DNA from: Acutalibacteraceae bacterium
Lineage (GTDB): Bacteria; Bacillota; Clostridia; Oscillospirales; Acutalibacteraceae
DNA length: 64,000 nucleotides
Assembly: GCA_045633485.1 (NCBI GenBank)
Contig: JAZQYL010000022.1
Location: forward strand, 1,235 to 65,234
Direction: 5' to 3'
Positions 61,735-64,000 of the stretch are shown in pieces (the first letter of the stretch is position 1; every line of letters begins with the position of its first letter). A program made the position numbers and the translations under genes. The notes under the pieces were generated by a model. That model had not been told where the DNA came from. It ran no database searches and saw only the letters and a list, made by a program, of their open reading frames with translations.

Positions 61735-64000
61735 TTACTTTAACTCTACATCCCAACCGTTAACATAACGTATAAGTAATGCGTAGTCTTTATTGTTAAT
61801 TTGACCGTCACCCGTAACATCTGCGGCACTAATATCAATTTCTACGTCCCAACCATTAATATATTGTAACAATACACCAAGGTCTCGGTTATTAACAAGG
61901 GTATCACCTGTTACATCACCTTTAATAGAATCAGCAATTGTAATAACACCGTTTTGAGTTGCAAAAATAACATGTTCAAAATTTGAATTATAGACATCGT
62001 CATAATCATAATTTACTGTTATTGATGCATCTCCCGAAGGAGCACTGTTTTTAACCCTGAATATTAGCGTTGCTACTGCGCCGTTTGTTGTATTATCGGG
62101 ATTAATACTGTCAATCCAGTTTATAACAAGCGGATGCGCGGTAGCCGGTCCAAATGTTATGTCGGCAAAATCTTCTTCACCGATTGCAACAAATTCAAAT
62201 ACATTTGGATCATAATCTATGAGTAGTCGCATCGAGATTATACCCGGATTGTTTTGTAAATTAACCTTTACGCTAAAGATATCACCCCTGCGAACCGCTT
62301 TGTCTTCTATTACAAATATTGGCGAATTCTCATCAAAAGCGGGCGCATTTACCGTAATTTCAAAATAGGTTGAAATTCCTTGATAAATAACGGTAACTCT
62401 TTTTACACCCGGAGTGTTAGTATCAACACCAAGTGTTGTATAGCCATCGCTTATAATATTATGGGAACCATCACTATAATTTTGCTTTAAGGTAAGACCA
62501 TCAAGCACAAGTTCTTCGCCCAAATTATAAACGGTTTTGTTTGGCAAAGTATGAATATTAAGCGAAATATAAACAGCATCTTGAGGTTCTACAACAACTC
62601 GGCATTCTGCTTTATATTCTATACCATTATATCTTAATGTTGCCACAACCTTTGCCGTACCCTGTGTCACTGCAGTGATAACACCATCATGCACGGTAAC
62701 AACGTCATTATCGGTAGATGACCAAATAACGTCCATATCAACAGGTGTGGTAGCAACAGTTAGTGTTTCGGTGTTACCGATTGTTATAATCTTGCTGCTT
62801 GATGAAAGGGTTACCGTAGGTCTTGAAACGTTAATTTCAAAGCTTGTGGTAAATCCATCATAGTTAACATTAACTGTTTTCTGACCGGTTGATTCGGTGT
62901 TTGCCACCCAGGTAAATCCACTATCAATAATTTGTGTATGACCATTGCTGTACGTAGCCTTAATGGTAAATCCGGTAGTATCAATTCCATCACCGATATA
63001 ATACTCGGTTTTATCGGGCAGTGTCTCTACCGCAATGTCGGTAATCCAGATGCCTACAATAATATCAAAGCTTGTAGTAAAGTCACCGTACGTTACCGTA
63101 ATGGTTTGCACGTCTGCATTAAGCGAGTTATAACCCGATACGGTATAATCGGTAATAGCCACCTGTGAACCGTCGGTATAGGTTGCCTTAATCACAAGAC
63201 CTGTAAGGTCAAGCTCTTCACGGCAGTCATAAACGGTTTTATCGGGCATTGTGTCTACAATAATACCGGTAAGTTTTGGTCTTGGGTCTACAACGTTTAC
63301 AGTAAAGGTTGAGCGCAAAGTATTGCCGTCGGCAGAAACCCACTCAACAGTTACGGTGCAAGCACCCTCTACACTGCTGTCAAAACCGCTTACTGTATAA
63401 TTTGTTACCTCTTTATATGAGTTATCGTAATAATTTACCTGCACGGTCATACCGCTAAGGTCTAGCTCATCACCCAAAACGTAGTCAAGCTTTGTAGGCA
63501 GATTTGTAATGGTAAGATTTTTATCATCACGTATGTGTAGCGTAAATTGATATGTAACACCGCTTGACGCCGTAGCCGTAATCACGGTATCACCGCTATA
63601 ACGCACATAAATGTCGTGACCATTAAAGCTGACGTTACCATTGTTTGCGGTAAGTGTAATAACGTCGGTGCTGTCTAGCGGATCGCTTTCAAACACAGCG
63701 CGGTATGTCTCGCCGCGGTCTATGATAATATACTTTTCTCCGCTTTCAAGCGCAATGCCGTTTGATGGCACGCAGTTATCTACAAACAAAAATCCGTACT
63801 TGTCGGCAAAGGTTTGCGCATAACTGCCGCTTTTACCAAAAATAGTTGTCTTTTTTGGGTAAGAAAATGCCGTTGTAGAAATGGTTGTAACCGACTCGGG
63901 AATAACAACCTCTAATAGCGAATAGTCGTTCATAAATGCCTGGCTACCTATTGTTTTAAGACCCTTTGGCAATACAACCTTTGCAAGCTTAGAGCAATCT
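61735..64000 (-). CDS. Surface protein with BspA-type LRR, Big_3-like and Big_2-like Ig domains, one cohesin-like module and a C-terminal dockerin (5' end outside the window)
   Basis: The frame is open to nt 64000; the track start at 63972 is a TTG inside an LRR unit (DCSKLAKVVLPKGLKTIGSQAF). Four units have the form LPxKTxYxxGEELDLxGL...TV. Confidence 0.7.
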   Translation of the reverse strand, partial: DCSKLAKVVLPKGLKTIGSQAFMNDYSLLEVVIPESVTTISTTAFSYPKKTTIFGKSGSYAQTFADKYGFLFVDNCVPSNGIALESGEKYIIIDRGETYRAVFESDPLDSTDVITLTANNGNVSFNGHDIYVRYSGDTVITATASSGVTYQFTLHIRDDKNLTITNLPTKLDYVLGDELDLSGMTVQVNYYDNSYKEVTNYTVSGFDSSVEGACTVTVEWVSADGNTLRSTFTVNVVDPRPKLTGIIVDTMPDKTVYDCREELDLTGLVIKATYTDGSQVAITDYTVSGYNSLNADVQTITVTYGDFTTSFDIIVGIWITDIAVETLPDKTEYYIGDGIDTTGFTIKATYSNGHTQIIDSGFTWVANTESTGQKTVNVNYDGFTTSFEINVSRPTVTLSSSSKIITIGNTETLTVATTPVDMDVIWSSTDNDVVTVHDGVITAVTQGTAKVVATLRYNGIEYKAECRVVVEPQDAVYISLNIHTLPNKTVYNLGEELVLDGLTLKQNYSDGSHNIISDGYTTLGVDTNTPGVKRVTVIYQGISTYFEITVNAPAFDENSPIFVIEDKAVRRGDIFSVKVNLQNNPGIISMRLLIDYDPNVFEFVAIGEEDFADITFGPATAHPLVINWIDSINPDNTTNGAVATLIFRVKNSAPSGDASITVNYDYDDVYNSNFEHVIFATQNGVITIADSIKGDVTGDTLVNNRDLGVLLQYINGWDVEIDISAADVTGDGQINNKDYALLIRYVNGWDVELK
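61738..61920 (-). other. Dockerin module
   Basis: GDVTGDTLVNNRDLGVLLQYINGW ... ADVTGDGQINNKDYALLIRYVNGW. Confidence 0.8.
61935..62322 (-). other. Cohesin-like module
   Basis: PIFVIEDKAVRRGDIFSVKVNLQNNPGIISMRLLIDYDPNVFEFVAIGEED...GAVATLIFRVKNSAPSGDASITV matches the cohesin pattern (a Gly-Asp strand, 'gi.a.q..i.yD..v'). Confidence 0.55.

Overview
AT-rich chromosomal segment that looks like a low-GC Firmicutes/Clostridia anaerobe, judged by gene content, GGAGG-type ribosome-binding sites and dockerin/cohesin modules. I recognised no rRNA, CRISPR array, transposase, integrase or phage genes. All identifications rest on motifs read by eye; no database search was run.

Layout:
- 1-1.9 kb: 5'-truncated dockerin-bearing surface protein.
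- 2-5.7 kb: six-hairpin glycosidase, then a fused sugar-1-kinase/nucleotidyltransferase.
- 5.7-10.6 kb: cysK-metF-(MetH activation domain)-metH operon.
- 10.7-17.4 kb: small, mostly accessory genes around a tRNA-Pro(TGG), which is followed by a decayed copy of its own 3' end.
- 17.5-21.8 kb: GTP-PEPCK, a LysA-like decarboxylase, a DivIVA-like protein and a lone fumarase beta subunit.
- 21.9-24.9 kb: Crp/Fnr regulator plus a three-gene ABC importer.
- 24.9-28.3 kb: Nnr and hypothetical proteins.
- 28.4-31.9 kb: PqqD-like protein coupled to an ABC exporter, then an ABC-2 pair.
- 32-48 kb (minus strand): a 2545-aa S8 cell-envelope protease with about 800 aa of leucine-rich repeats, then a lipoprotein and oppABCDF.
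- 48.1-58 kb: the most unusual part. A CxxC membrane protein and a NapH-like polyferredoxin::thioredoxin fusion converge on a six-gene operon. That operon encodes secreted modular proteins, two with TlpA-type thioredoxin domains and three sharing an uncharacterised domain.
- 58-61.7 kb: PflX-type radical SAM, DEDD exonuclease and typA.
- 61.7-64 kb: truncated surface protein carrying both a cohesin and a dockerin.
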